Shown here: piece by piece, positions 32,449-43,751 of the stretch
Layout of the letters: the number at the start of each line of letters is the position of its first letter
How positions within the stretch are numbered: position 1 is the stretch's first letter
From: Rhynchopus sp. YZ270_cl-10
Taxonomy: Eukaryota
Direction: 5' to 3'
Assembly: GCA_964035575.1 (NCBI GenBank)
Contig: OZ037834.1
Coordinates: 1,426,001 to 1,490,000 of the forward strand
DNA length: 64,000 bases
The notes under the pieces: generated by a model
Told to the model about the DNA's origin: nothing
Seen by the model: the letters and a program-made list of their open reading frames with translations, nothing else
Database searches by the model: none
Translations under genes and position numbers: made by a program

Positions 32449-33564
32449 TCACGGTACATAGTCCGTCAGAGGTGCCAATGCCACAGTCTCCTTGCTTGCT
32501 AGAAAAACCCATTCTGAGCAGAGGAATGTGAGAACGTCGACACGCATTTCGATATGGGTCATCTCATTGGTATGACGGTTCCAAAAGAGGAGCACCTCGG
32601 TGCCCGCTGCTGCAATCCATTTGCCACAAGGGGAGAATGAAAGGCACCGCAGAGACACTGCGCGCGTATCCACCATGCGTACTGTCCGAACCGCTGTGGT
32701 GTCCGGCAGCGTCCACAAGGTCACCTCCCCATCGTAGCTCCCTGCAGCGACCTGCTCACCACAGGGCGAGAAGCTGACCACCCTCAGATAGTTCTCTTGC
32801 TTCTCTGCCAACAGCGTCACCTCTTCCCCTTCCCCTCTTAGTCTATACACCCCAACCACCCCAGCCCTATGCGCATACACCACTGCCACCACAGCTCCAC
32901 AAGGAGACATTGCATATGAACCCACCTCCTCCTCAGTAACCCGCACCCTCCGCACCACCCCACCCTCAGGCAGCGTCCAGGTGTACGCATACCCCCCCGT
33001 GGTGAGGCTGGCCACATTGCCCTCATGGGTTTGAAGCGACGTCAAGACACCATCAAAGACGTTGGTCTGTAACACAGCAAGCTTCTCCCCAGACATATCA
33101 TAAACACCAGCACTGCCCTGATTGCGCACCACAACATACTCCTCCATCAGCACCACCTCATTCACATACTGTCTCCTCTCCCCTTCATATGGTAGGGTAA
33201 TCCAAGCAACTCTCTTTGCTGTGAAAAGATCGTAAATATGAAGAAGATTTCCATCCAGAATAGCAGCAGTATCTCCACTAGGAGAAATGCCAAGACAAGA
33301 AGGCCGGGTGAAGGTCCTTTTGAAGGCAGTTTTGTGGCGTATCAAAGAAAGGCTGTCACCACTGCAGAGTGTGGTGTTGTGTAATAGGGTTTCCTCTGTA
33401 AGGGCGAGACCTAATGCGGTGTACAAGGCGACGCCTTCAGGCAGCACTGTGTCAGTATACAGCATGGACCATGCTGTGCGAAGAAGCATACCCACAGTGC
33501 TCTGTTCAGACACCTCTACCACACAGGACTCACCCGAGGTTGCAACCGTAACGGTCACCTCCAT
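32449..33564 (-). CDS. Ubiquitin-like N-terminal domain plus WD40-repeat protein
   Basis: UBL pattern MEVTVTV..VEVS..TVGML..LCSGDSLSL; WD repeats SFSPCGEQVAAGSYDGEVTLW and SFSPCGKWIAAAG..LLFWN. Confidence 0.75.
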   Translation of the reverse strand: MEVTVTVATSGESCVVEVSEQSTVGMLLRTAWSMLYTDTVLPEGVALYTALGLALTEETLLHNTTLCSGDSLSLIRHKTAFKRTFTRPSCLGISPSGDTAAILDGNLLHIYDLFTAKRVAWITLPYEGERRQYVNEVVLMEEYVVVRNQGSAGVYDMSGEKLAVLQTNVFDGVLTSLQTHEGNVASLTTGGYAYTWTLPEGGVVRRVRVTEEEVGSYAMSPCGAVVAVVYAHRAGVVGVYRLRGEGEEVTLLAEKQENYLRVVSFSPCGEQVAAGSYDGEVTLWTLPDTTAVRTVRMVDTRAVSLRCLSFSPCGKWIAAAGTEVLLFWNRHTNEMTHIEMRVDVLTFLCSEWVFLASKETVALAPLTDYVP

Positions 33565-33614
33565 TTTTGCAAGAAAAAATGGTAAATAGATGAACAATAC
33601 CTAGAGACACAGAA

Positions 33615-33735
33615 AGTTGAAATACAAAAGCCCCCTCTCGTGAACAGTGTACCTTTTGGTATGACCGGCTGTACCGGGGGGGGTGGTGGACACCCCCAAC
33701 CATGCAGTACATCCATTTCGTGGTTTTACATCTGA
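33615..33735 (-). repeat. Dispersed composite element G+C (also 42350-42457; G alone 43865-43950; C alone 34130-34160, 34536-34569)
   Basis: Shared CAGAYGU..AAACCACGAAAUGGAU..GUA..CURYAUGRUU, followed by AGRUACACUGU(U)C-ACGAGAG-GGC-UUUGYAUUU(C)CAA. Confidence 0.8.
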
Positions 33736-36646
33736 TATTTGCTACTCCCGCTTCCACTCATCAGCCAGATGAACGGGGATCATTGCAAACACAGGGACGC
33801 GAATCCTGATGTCGAAGTCCGGTTGGGGTCCGCCCGTTTCAAAAAAATGTTGGGGGGTAGGTTGGTTTCGTTTTAGAATTCAGGCGAAGAGGGGGGGGGT
33901 GATGGTGAAGGGGAACGGGGAGGATCTGAGTGCTAAGGAGTTCCTTAAGGATTGTTTCGTCCACTTTTTTTTGGTATTTTCTTTGTAGCTCAGACACATT
34001 TACCCAATGTAACATGGGGGAGGTTAGGAGAGACTGTACATACGTGAATGTTCTGCGGGTTCTTTCTCGTTGGCACGAGAGGCAGTTGGAGGTGTTTGAC
34101 ATAATAAAAAAAAGCCTTCTAAAGTTTGACTTGAAATACAAAGCTCGTGACAGTGTACCTGAAAATAGGGGAGTCTATTCTATACTCAATGAATTGCCGG
34201 AAAATGTGGGATTTTTGTCATCCAGTTGCCAAAACTGCCACTACTCATCCAAAAAAAACACCCTTTAAAAAAAAAAACTATTGTTCAGTTTGTGCACAAA
34301 GTCGGAAATACACATATAAACGTACAATATACGTTACATTGTGCTAAAAAATAACTGAGAACAAATCGTATAAAGAAACGCGGTACTTCCAGGGAGGGAT
34401 CCGCGTGAGCTGTGGAGGAAAAAAAAAAGAGAAGAATACATTCATATACTTACTATTTATAACACAAATAGTAAGCACTAAAGGGTGTAACACGTACATC
34501 CTTCCTTTTTTTTAGAGAAGAAAAAAAAATTTGATTTGAAATGCAAAGCCCTCTCGTGACAGTGTATCTAAAAAAGGGAAAGCCTATTTCCCGGATACTT
34601 TAGGCAACCATCAATGAAGTGGGTCCTGACGACTCATTGTCAACCCGAAAGAAGGAGTGCGTGCGTGTGGAAAATTTTGCAGCCCGGTACACTTTCTTCT
34701 TCTTCTTTTTGTCAATACTGTTTGACACATTTTTTTTCTTCTTTTGAAAACTTGGTCGTATTAGTGCAGCCACGCTAGAGTGCGCTCCACTATTTTTTTT
34801 TTTTGTCTTTTCGAGGTGTTTTGGTACCCAATGCGCCCTCTCTAGACACTTACTGTATCCTTATTCTTTTTTTTCTTTGATAAATTGTTGGAGTAGTGTA
34901 GTTGCCTCGGGTTGTGTTGCCACAGTTGTGCAATCTCCACTGTCTTAAAGTTCACTCACGAAAAGGCCTCGGATATTGGACCTTTCTTTCTTTTTTTTTG
35001 TGCCATCGACAAAAATCACAAAATCACAAAATCACAAAATCACCCACCAAAAGAAGTGCGTTTTTCTATTCAACACATCACCCAGGCTAGGATCTTCACA
35101 GAGGACAACTCAAGGAGAGGTGATATTTTTTTGTTTCCTCAACGATGAAATTGAGAATATTAGTAAACATGCGGACACCTCTTTTGAGATCCAGGCCCGG
35201 CTTCAAAGGAGGCAATAAGAGAACATAAAAATTTCGTTTCAATATTTCAAAACAAAGTGAAGTTGATAGTGCAAACAAAACACCACCCACAGCCTGTCAG
35301 GGCACTTTATGGCCGACTTTAAAAAAACATTCTTTTTAAAAAAGTTTAACAAAAAAAAATCTACATCAAAACTTTATCTAATTGATGATAATATGGGGCC
35401 TTCCACGAAGGCAAATCCCTTCAGCAGACTTCAAAAACCCTCGAAGAGCGTAAAGAACCCTTGCAGGGAGGTTAATGGCAGGGGGAACAAGGCGTGGTGT
35501 GAGAAGAGGTGGATGTGTCTTGTGGGGTGCCCTGCCGACATAAGCCTGTACCTGCAGAAGGCCAACACCCTGAGAGACGGGGTATTGTGAGCAGTGTTCT
35601 ATTACTGCTGTAACCCTGAACTCCCTTCAGCGACACAGAGGGTGTAGTTGAAGACAATGAAGACGACAGTGAAGCATGCGAAGGAAGAGCAGGAATCACA
35701 AAAAAAAAAAAAAAGCCCAATAACTTCTCTGCAGCTTGGCTTTTCCTTTTTTCACTCTGAAAAGAGGCTTTTTGGGAACACTATGGTGATCAATGAGGTG
35801 CTTAATAAGAGGGGATCGCCAATCACAGAGGGGGGGAAATGAACACACGAGACGAATATGGGAAAGAGAAGAAGAAAAAAAAAAGTTGATAAGATGACCC
35901 TAAGCCTCCTGATTAGTCACCTTAATAACAATCGATAAAAATGAGTCAGCCTCTCAGGCACAACACATTCATTCACGATCTCCTTTTTAAAAATTGGGTT
36001 TTTCATGATCAGTGTCACCCGAGGATGAGCTCCACTATTTTTTGATTGAAACATGGTGCACATGGCAAGCCACTTATGGGAAGATTTGTGTCAATCATGC
36101 ACACCAGAACCGAGGGGGGGGGGGGGGGGGAAATGTATCAACAGCAACAAAACACGACAGCCCTCCCACTCTCCGGCTTTTTGCGGTATTGCTTCTGGAA
36201 TTCAGGGAAGGGGAGGGGAAGAGAAAAAGGTTGGATAAGATAGGATGATCTGTCAGCTTCCTGGTGCGTAGTTCCTTTAATAAAATTCGAGCTTTTTTGC
36301 ACACTTCGAAAACAAAAAAACAAAAGCAAAAAAAAAAGGGGGCGTGCACAAGAGTGCAGGGGAGGGGACTGATTTCATCGCACTCTATGTGTGCAAATTT
36401 TTCGTTATGACAATAGGTTTCGCTTTCTTTTTATATTATTATTCACGCCACCGCATCCCCCCCCACCCCACCCCAAACCACCACAGTGTATCGTTCAACA
36501 GAAGACCACCCCCCTCCCCTCCCCTTCGCCTCTCCCCCCTTCTTTCCCTAATAAATGCGGAAGAACAGGCTGTTGTGGCGTACCCCTTCACAATATCAAA
36601 AGAAACCAAAGAAAAAATTTTCGAAAGAAAATAGAAAATATAAAAA

Positions 36647-36785
36647 TGGTGTGCATGACAAGCCACTTATGGGGAGTTATGGGAATTGGTGTAGCCTTTT
36701 GGCTGGAGATTGGGCAAAAATGGGGGGGTAAAAAAAAACCCCCAAGTACCCGGGGGAGCTTGTGTGACTTTTATCATGCACACCA
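36647..36785. mobile_element. MITE with TGGTGTGCATGA terminal inverted repeats (shorter relative at 36054-36106)
   Basis: TGGTGTGCATGA...TCATGCACACCA ends with AAAAA on both sides. The internal CAAGCCACTTATGGG is shared with the 36054 copy. Confidence 0.5.
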
Positions 36786-36860
36786 AAAAAAAAAAAATAA
36801 ACTACGCTGGTGTGACCACCCAAACCGATTCTCCGAGGTTCTTCCGTAGGTACTCCGGTA

Positions 36861-38183
36861 AGGGGGGTATACTTTTTTTGTGTTGTTTTCGGTTTTCGCC
36901 ACCCGGGTGGGCTTCGAGACCTGGCAACCGCACACGTACCCTCAGGTTGTGTAAAAGTGATTTTGCTGACCAAAACATAAAAGAACGAAAAATGAATTTT
37001 CTAAAGCAAACTCACGGTGTTGACTTGGCCGTGCAGTCAGACACAGGCCCCTCGACAAGTCAGGACAGTGGCACGTGGGGCACTACTCGGCTGTGCAGTC
37101 AGACACCGCGACCCGGAGGAAAGGGAATGTGATGCACCACCACCGCACGCGGGTGCCACAAACACTGGGAAAGCCCCCAAGGCGGCCATGGGAGAAATAG
37201 TTGCGGATTGCACACAGTATACACAGTAGACATAATATACATAATATACATAATATACATAATATACATAATATACATAATATACATAATATACATAATA
37301 TACACAGTATACACAGTATACACAGTATACACAGTATACACAGTATACACAGTATACACAGTATACACAGTATACACAGTATACACAGTATACACAGTAT
37401 ACACAGTATACACAGTATACACAGTATACACAGTATACACAGTATACACAGTATACACAGTATACACAGTATACACAGTATACACAGTATACACAGTATA
37501 CACAGTATACACAGTATACACAGTATACACAGTATACACAGTATACACAGTATACACAGTATACACAGTATACACAGTATACACAGTATACACAGTATAC
37601 ACAGTATACACAGTATACACAGTATACACAGTATACACAGTATACACAGTATACACAGTATACACAGTATACACAGTATACACAGTATACACAGTATACA
37701 CAGTATACACAGTATACACAGTATACACAGTATACACAGTATACACAGTATACACAGTATACACAGTATACACAGTATACACAGTATACACAGTATACAC
37801 AGTATACACAGTATACACAGTATACACAGTATACACAGTATACACAGTATACACAGTATACACAGTATACACAGTATACACAGTATACACAGTATACACA
37901 GTATACACAGTATACACAGTATACACAGTATACACAGTATACACAGTATACACAGTATACACAGTATACACAGTATACACAGTATACACAGTATACACAG
38001 TATACACAGTATACAGTGCACACTATATACGGGCGGTTTATTTTTTTTCAAGGGATTTTTTCCGTTATTTTCGCGCGAAAATGCCATTTTTGGCACGTTT
38101 CAACCAATACAAACCCGTCAAATTTGTGGTCATTTTCCCCTTGTAACAGAAACCGAGAACAACAAAAAAAAAGTATACCCCCT
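36861..38183. mobile_element. TIR-bounded element enclosing the 9-bp satellite
   Basis: ~33-bp inverted repeats GGGGGTATACTTTTTTT(G)TGTTGTTYTCGGTTT at 36861-36895 and 38150-38183. Confidence 0.5.
37212..38013. repeat. Tandem satellite (CACAGTATA)n, ~89 units, with a block of CATAATATA variants near the left end
   Basis: Read directly from the sequence. Confidence 0.98.
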
Positions 38184-38647
38184 AGCAGTTCTCCGAGGTT
38201 CCTCCGTGGTTCTCCCGTGGGTTCCCCGTACCCCTTGAATCACACCATACGCGGGAAAAATTTAGCGATATGAAGCTTCACCTCTGCATAGTCACCTTGA
38301 AAAACACTAATCATTATCGCACAGTTAAAAAATGCGGCTCGAAAAATACAAAATTCTCTTGGAGTAGTGTACTTAAATTAAGGGGGCGAAAGGGGAGAAA
38401 GGTTTTTTTAGTAAGATGCACTTCAAAGAGAAAACTTAAAGCAATATATCTCAACACACGAACTCCAAAAAGAAGACATTTTTTACAATGAAACTTAAAC
38501 CTCACCGACATTACCCCCACCTGACAAACACGAATAAAACACGAGGGGGAAAAGCAGAAAGCGGGGGAACAGGACAACTTCAGTCTCTCTCCCCCCACCC
38601 CTCACCCCCCCACACACACCACCCTACCCCCCAACTACCCCTCTCTC

Positions 38648-39394
38648 TCAACAAACCTTCACTGGAGCACCGTCATACGGTGGGGTGGTTTCTTGTGCAC
38701 GCTTGAGGAAGGTGATAATGACGATGGCTGCTCCGACTGAAACAATCGAACACGCGAACACAAGCGCAATGAGCGGGAAATGGTTTTTAAAACGCGCGAG
38801 AGTGGCAGATGCAAGGCGTGGGGTAGACACCTCACGCGGCTCTGGGACATCTGCACGCAGCTCACCACCAGGCTTCCCCGCAAGACAAAGAATATTCATA
38901 CAATAACGATCCCCTGATGCATCTGGGATATTATGCCCCAGATGCGTTCCACAAGCAGAGGTAACCTCTTGCGCACCGCCAGAGGGGTCTACCTCGGACA
39001 TCCGAACGTTTTTCGACACCGCTTCTTGAGGGCGGAAGGAAGGCCATCCATGCAGAATGCTTTCCTCCCACCACTCTTCAAGGGTACGCCCAACCGGCGC
39101 GCGGAACAGCGGAATCCCACACCGACTGTCATAGAACACTATAGTATCCGTTGCGCTAAGGTCCGTCCTCTTCAGGAAGTTTTCAAAGGTATGTGCACGT
39201 TCTGCGTATTCTGAGTTCGAACCGCAACAAATCCAACGGTCGCTATACAATGCATCTAACCCCCATAAAAGATTTGTTTGCAATGCGCACGTCTTTTGGT
39301 CATGAAATGAGGCCGCGTTTGTGCCCTTATCCAATGCAACAAACCCTCCTGCAAACGGGAGGCCTGCAACAAGCAACAAACACATTGCATTCAT
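38648..39394 (-). CDS. MsrB/SelR-like protein with signal peptide and C-terminal TM anchor
   Basis: Motifs CGIPLF, HGWPSF, CGTHLGH and RYCMN; hydrophobic N-terminus; TM segment FPLIALVFACSIVSVGAAIVIITFL. Confidence 0.7.
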   Translation of the reverse strand: MNAMCLLLVAGLPFAGGFVALDKGTNAASFHDQKTCALQTNLLWGLDALYSDRWICCGSNSEYAERAHTFENFLKRTDLSATDTIVFYDSRCGIPLFRAPVGRTLEEWWEESILHGWPSFRPQEAVSKNVRMSEVDPSGGAQEVTSACGTHLGHNIPDASGDRYCMNILCLAGKPGGELRADVPEPREVSTPRLASATLARFKNHFPLIALVFACSIVSVGAAIVIITFLKRAQETTPPYDGAPVKVC

Positions 39395-39829
39395 TGGGAG
39401 AAGAAAGAGAGAAGAGGCGGTAATGTGTACAGTATGTTTCTAAGGGTAAGGGGGGGTAGGGTGAGGTGTGTGTGGGGAGGATGTGAGGTGAGGTGGGATC
39501 GAGGTTGCTGAAGAATTGAGGGGTGAGGGAGTGAGGGGAAGAGGGGGGTGGAGTCTATTAGTTGGTTTCCTTATGAGGATACATAACGGCGGCAAAGATT
39601 GTGTCAAAAGCTGGAAAGCTTCTTTTTTGGCAAGAAAAAGAAAAAGAATTCTTCTTTTGGGGGTGATTTTGCACTTCTTGCGTACTTCTTGTACTTTGTG
39701 CACCCATTCAGACACCATCTTTCTCGAATATTCAGGGTATTCACTTTCATTTTGAAAAACGCGCGCTAAAAACAAAATACTCATTTGCCGGACATAATTC
39801 CGCTAAGCTAATACGACTGCGTGTTTTCT

Positions 39830-40606
39830 TTAGTCGCATGCAGGAGGTTTTGCGAGGTGGATTTGTGTGTCTGGGTCTTTTGCGTCTTTCACGTCTTCGA
39901 TCGCCTCTGCGTTAAGTTTTAAAAGCGAGACTCTGGCTGACTTTGGGGAAGGGCAAGCTTCGGGATCACGAAGACGTGCCTCTGTTGCTGTGCGGGTAAG
40001 CTGCTTGATGCCTGAGAAGCTGGAGAGGAGGAGGGGGCTGGCAGGCGGGGTCTCCATGAGCGAGGACCCAGAGGAGTCTGTGTGGCTGCTGTCGCTGCCT
40101 TCGGTCCGCATGAGGGAGTGCGCGGACATCTGCTTCTGGATGCGTTTGCGGGGAGCAATCTTCACATCGGCGTCAACCAAATTCTCAATAGAAAGCTGTG
40201 TCGAAAGAGTTCTCTCAGGAAGGTCAATACGGAACTGCACTTCTGGCTCAGGACTGAGTTCCCCTGCAGTGTCCTCTGCAGGTTGGCTGCCTGTATCTGA
40301 AATAGGTAAAAGAGATGGGTTGACACGGAATGGCATAAAGGGGGTAACAAACTGCACCTTGGCCTCGCTCCCCGTGGAGTCGAAGCTGTTCCGACGCTGC
40401 AATGGGTTGTGCCCACCAAGACTCAACCGCCGCACTGCCCGCCGCCGTTCTGCAAGCGAGACTGTACGCAACCACCACCCCATCAGCACCAACACCGTCA
40501 CACAAATCGCAATGAAGCACGCCATCAAAATCCCGATCAAAACGCGCTCCGCACTGTGGTCGACTGCATCGTCCTCAGGGGGGATGTGCAAAGTGGTGTT
40601 CAGCAT
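39830..40606 (-). CDS. Single-pass membrane protein, paralogue B
   Basis: 258-aa ORF with TM VLIGILMACFIAICVTVLVLMGWWL. The first ~96 aa are nearly identical to the neighbouring gene. Confidence 0.65.
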   Translation of the reverse strand: MLNTTLHIPPEDDAVDHSAERVLIGILMACFIAICVTVLVLMGWWLRTVSLAERRRAVRRLSLGGHNPLQRRNSFDSTGSEAKVQFVTPFMPFRVNPSLLPISDTGSQPAEDTAGELSPEPEVQFRIDLPERTLSTQLSIENLVDADVKIAPRKRIQKQMSAHSLMRTEGSDSSHTDSSGSSLMETPPASPLLLSSFSGIKQLTRTATEARLRDPEACPSPKSARVSLLKLNAEAIEDVKDAKDPDTQIHLAKPPACD

Positions 40607-41093
40607 TGACCTGCCCTGCTTCGTTATGTCAACATGGTCCGCATGAAGAGAGCATAAGGGGAGAGAGAGAGAGGAGGTAGAGGATCAGAAAGCTTTCCTT
40701 CACCTATTCTGTGTTTTTGAAGGTGTGTATGCCAACACCCTCTCCCATTGGAAGGCAAGAAGGGAAATTTTAAAAAGAAATGCTTCAATAATCATTTTTT
40801 AAAATATCCGAATATCAGCTAGAAAACCGCAACCTGATCATAATTTATTTTTGATGGAAGTAGGGCTGTAAAGACCTACCCCTTTTTTGTTAGTTAAGAT
40901 CGTTGTGCACGCTCCTCACTTTCCACCTTTTAAAGGAAAAGAGTAGTTGAAAACGTGCTAAAAACGCATCTCAGTTGAGCTTCATGCAAAGGGATGGGAC
41001 ATGAGTTGTCCCTTTATTTTTGCATTGCAACCACACTTCACTTTTTCAACATTTTCTTTTTTTTGTGATCGCCCCCCATATCCTTCCCTCTGG

Positions 41094-42161
41094 CTAATTT
41101 TTTTTTCTAGGGGTTCCTTCTGACTGTGCGTCTAGCTTGTTTGAGAGCGCGTGTGTGTCGTAGTCTTTCACCTCTTGTATCATATTTGCATCGAGACGGA
41201 GCATGGATTGCATATGAGACTGTCGTTTTGATTTTCCGGTTTGCGAGCCGGCGATGGAGGTACTTCTTTCACCACCGAGACTTGCCATGCTTCCTTCCAT
41301 ACCGGCGTGGCGTGGGATGCCCGATTTTTTGGTGAAGACAGACGCCGACCCTACAAGGCAGGGGGTAATGGGGGAAGTGGCCGACGTTGTCCCCTCCGTC
41401 GCATACGACTGCTGCTCCTCCTCTGTGCCGTCCATGCTCTCTTTGAGAGGGAACATCGATGACATCTGCTGCTGTATCGCCTTTCTCGGTGACATCTGCT
41501 TCGCAGGCAGTCCCACCTCCACAGGAGACAGCTTCGTTGAGGAGTCAAGTTTTTTGTCAGACTTCTCAGACTTCTCAGACACATCAAGTTGATCAGGCAA
41601 AGAAGTCGAAAGGTCCAAATTATCAGACCCAGGGGGCTTCAATACTAGAGCCTCTGGGAGCTTCATCGCTTTCGGGGGTTGCAACGTTATGTCCGCATCC
41701 GGGCTGTGCTCTGAGTCGTTGCACTGTGAGGGCGTTTCGACTCTCAGCTCGACAGGGACCGTCGTATCGGGTACGGTGGAGTTCTTGGAGCTGGGGGTGT
41801 CTGCCCCAAGTGCGCTGTTCTGGTCGAGTGTCCCGAAGACCTGCGTGAAGTCTGCTGAGGCGCGTGCTCGTGTGTTGACGCGGAATGGCATAAAGGGGGT
41901 AACAAACTGCACCTTGGCCTCGCTCCCCGTGGAGTCGAAGCTGTTCCGACGCTGCAATGGGTTGTGCCCACCAAGACTCAACCGCCGCACTGCCCGCCGC
42001 CGTTCTGCAAGCGAGACTGTACGCAACCACCACCCCATCAGCACCAACACCGTCACACAAATCGCAATGAAGCACGCCATCAGAATCCCGATCAGAACGC
42101 GCTCCGCACTGTGGTCGACTACATCGTCCTCAGGGGGGATGTGCAAAGTGGTGTTCAGCAT
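41094..42161 (-). CDS. Single-pass membrane protein, paralogue A
   Basis: 355-aa ORF with the same N-terminus and TM as 39830-40606, followed by a Ser/Thr-rich tail. Confidence 0.65.
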   Translation of the reverse strand: MLNTTLHIPPEDDVVDHSAERVLIGILMACFIAICVTVLVLMGWWLRTVSLAERRRAVRRLSLGGHNPLQRRNSFDSTGSEAKVQFVTPFMPFRVNTRARASADFTQVFGTLDQNSALGADTPSSKNSTVPDTTVPVELRVETPSQCNDSEHSPDADITLQPPKAMKLPEALVLKPPGSDNLDLSTSLPDQLDVSEKSEKSDKKLDSSTKLSPVEVGLPAKQMSPRKAIQQQMSSMFPLKESMDGTEEEQQSYATEGTTSATSPITPCLVGSASVFTKKSGIPRHAGMEGSMASLGGERSTSIAGSQTGKSKRQSHMQSMLRLDANMIQEVKDYDTHALSNKLDAQSEGTPRKKN

Positions 42162-43118
42162 TGACCTGCTCTGCTTCGTTATGTCAACATGGTCCGCATG
42201 AAGAGAGCATAAGGGGAGAGAGAGAGAGGAGGTAGAGGATCAGAAAGCTTTCCTTCACCTATTCTGTGTTTTGTGGAGCAGGAGCGTGGAGAACGAGAAC
42301 GTAACTGTAATAATGGAAGTGGGTTTGTCAGGGATGAACAAAAAAAAAGTTGACTTGGAAATACAAAGCCCCTCTCGTGAACAGTGTACCTTGGTACAAT
42401 GACCGGCTGTACCGAATCATACAGTCCTACAATCCATTTCGTGGTTTCACATCTGGTAAAAAGACAGTTCGTGGACCGAAAAGAGGGGAAGGGATCGGGC
42501 ACCATTCTTTTTTTCTTTTCGTTTTTCAGTTCAGTTCGGATTACCATAAAGGGTTTGCTGTAATTTTTTTTTTTGTTTGTTTTTTTTGTTGCTTGCCTTT
42601 TCTTTTTTTCGTTCCTCGGTGGGGAAGGGTGCAAAACGGGACAAGATATTCTTCTCGATGTCATTTGCTTATTTTGTCCTTTTCACCTTACGATTCTCGC
42701 TCCATTTTGTTTTTTTTGGTGATTTTTTTAAAAAATTGGATCATTCAAAATGGGGAGATATGAGGGGTTCATCCTTACGACAAAAGGAGCAAAAAATATA
42801 TTCAACCGAGTGTAGCCCCGGTCTGTCGAGAGTGCCAAAAAAAAAAAAAAAACCAACAAAAAAAAAAAAAAAAAAAAATGTTCAATAAATGTCTTCGGAC
42901 GTCTCTGCCTTATATTCTGTACAGTGCAATCACACAAAACAAAAAAAAACATGTCCGCCTTCCCACACCCTATCCCCACCCGCCGCAATGTTTTTTTTTC
43001 TTCCACCCCCATCACATAAAAAAAAATCACTCACAAAACCCCCTCAAAAAAGAGTACCATTTTCTTAGGATCTGATCTGAATCCTCGCGCAAACCACAGG
43101 ATTTTTGTGCACGGAAGA

Positions 43119-43604
43119 TGGTGCTTCCCGGGGGGTGTGCATTTCACAAATTTTCACAAAATGTGACAAGTTTTCACAAATTTTCACAACACGAAAACCG
43201 CTACAAAATTGTGAAGGCTGGTGAAAAGTGGTGAAAAATTGTGAAAAAATGTGAAAAGTTGTGAATAGTTGTGAAAAGTTGTGAATTGATTTTTTTTTTT
43301 GTGTGCTTTTTTTTTGGGCGGGGTGGTGACCCACCCATTGAGGGGTACGCTGGGATTCACAAGATAGAACGTGATGTGGTGTACCTGTGTACTGTGTACT
43401 GTGTGATGTGCGGAAATGACGAGAACTTGTCCATTTCGGCAAATTGACCCCACTACTGGCCGTACGGATTCCGGAAATGCAAATGCCGGCGTTTAAGAGC
43501 TTCACCAACGAGAGAAAAAAGGGTAGTGAAAAGTTGTGAATAGTTGTGAAAAGTTGTGAATTGAATTGAAAATTTGTGAAATGCATACCCCCCGGGAAGC
43601 ACCA
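43119..43604. mobile_element. Non-autonomous TIR element with TG..CA ends and 5-bp TSD (GAAGA)
   Basis: 36-bp TIR TGGTGCTTCCCGGGGGGTRTGCATTTCACAAATTTT; GAAGA at 43114-43118 and 43605-43609; many subterminal TTGTGAA repeats. Confidence 0.8.
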
Positions 43605-43751
43605 GAAGACTTTTTTTTTTTCCCAAACCCTCCCCCTCCCAAAACCCCTCAAAAAAGGTTTTTCTCTTCAGCAGAACAGTGTACAGGCATTGCCCTCCAT
43701 TTCCCCTCTCAGATTTTTTTTTGTTTCGTTCTGCACAAAAAAAGCGCCAAT

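Noticed and set aside
33700..33735. Hammerhead ribozyme (CGAAA in family G)
   Set aside because: There is no CUGANGA core in the required position on either strand.
34536..34569. Iron-responsive element (CAGUGU) or SECIS in hairpin families C and A
   Set aside because: CAGUGU is on the antisense strand with no 5-bp stem around it. The hairpins lack the GA/GA quartet and AAR loop of SECIS.
37037..38238. Long ORFs of CVY/CIL/YTV/HSI repeats
   Set aside because: Artefact of a 9-bp stop-free satellite that is open in most frames.
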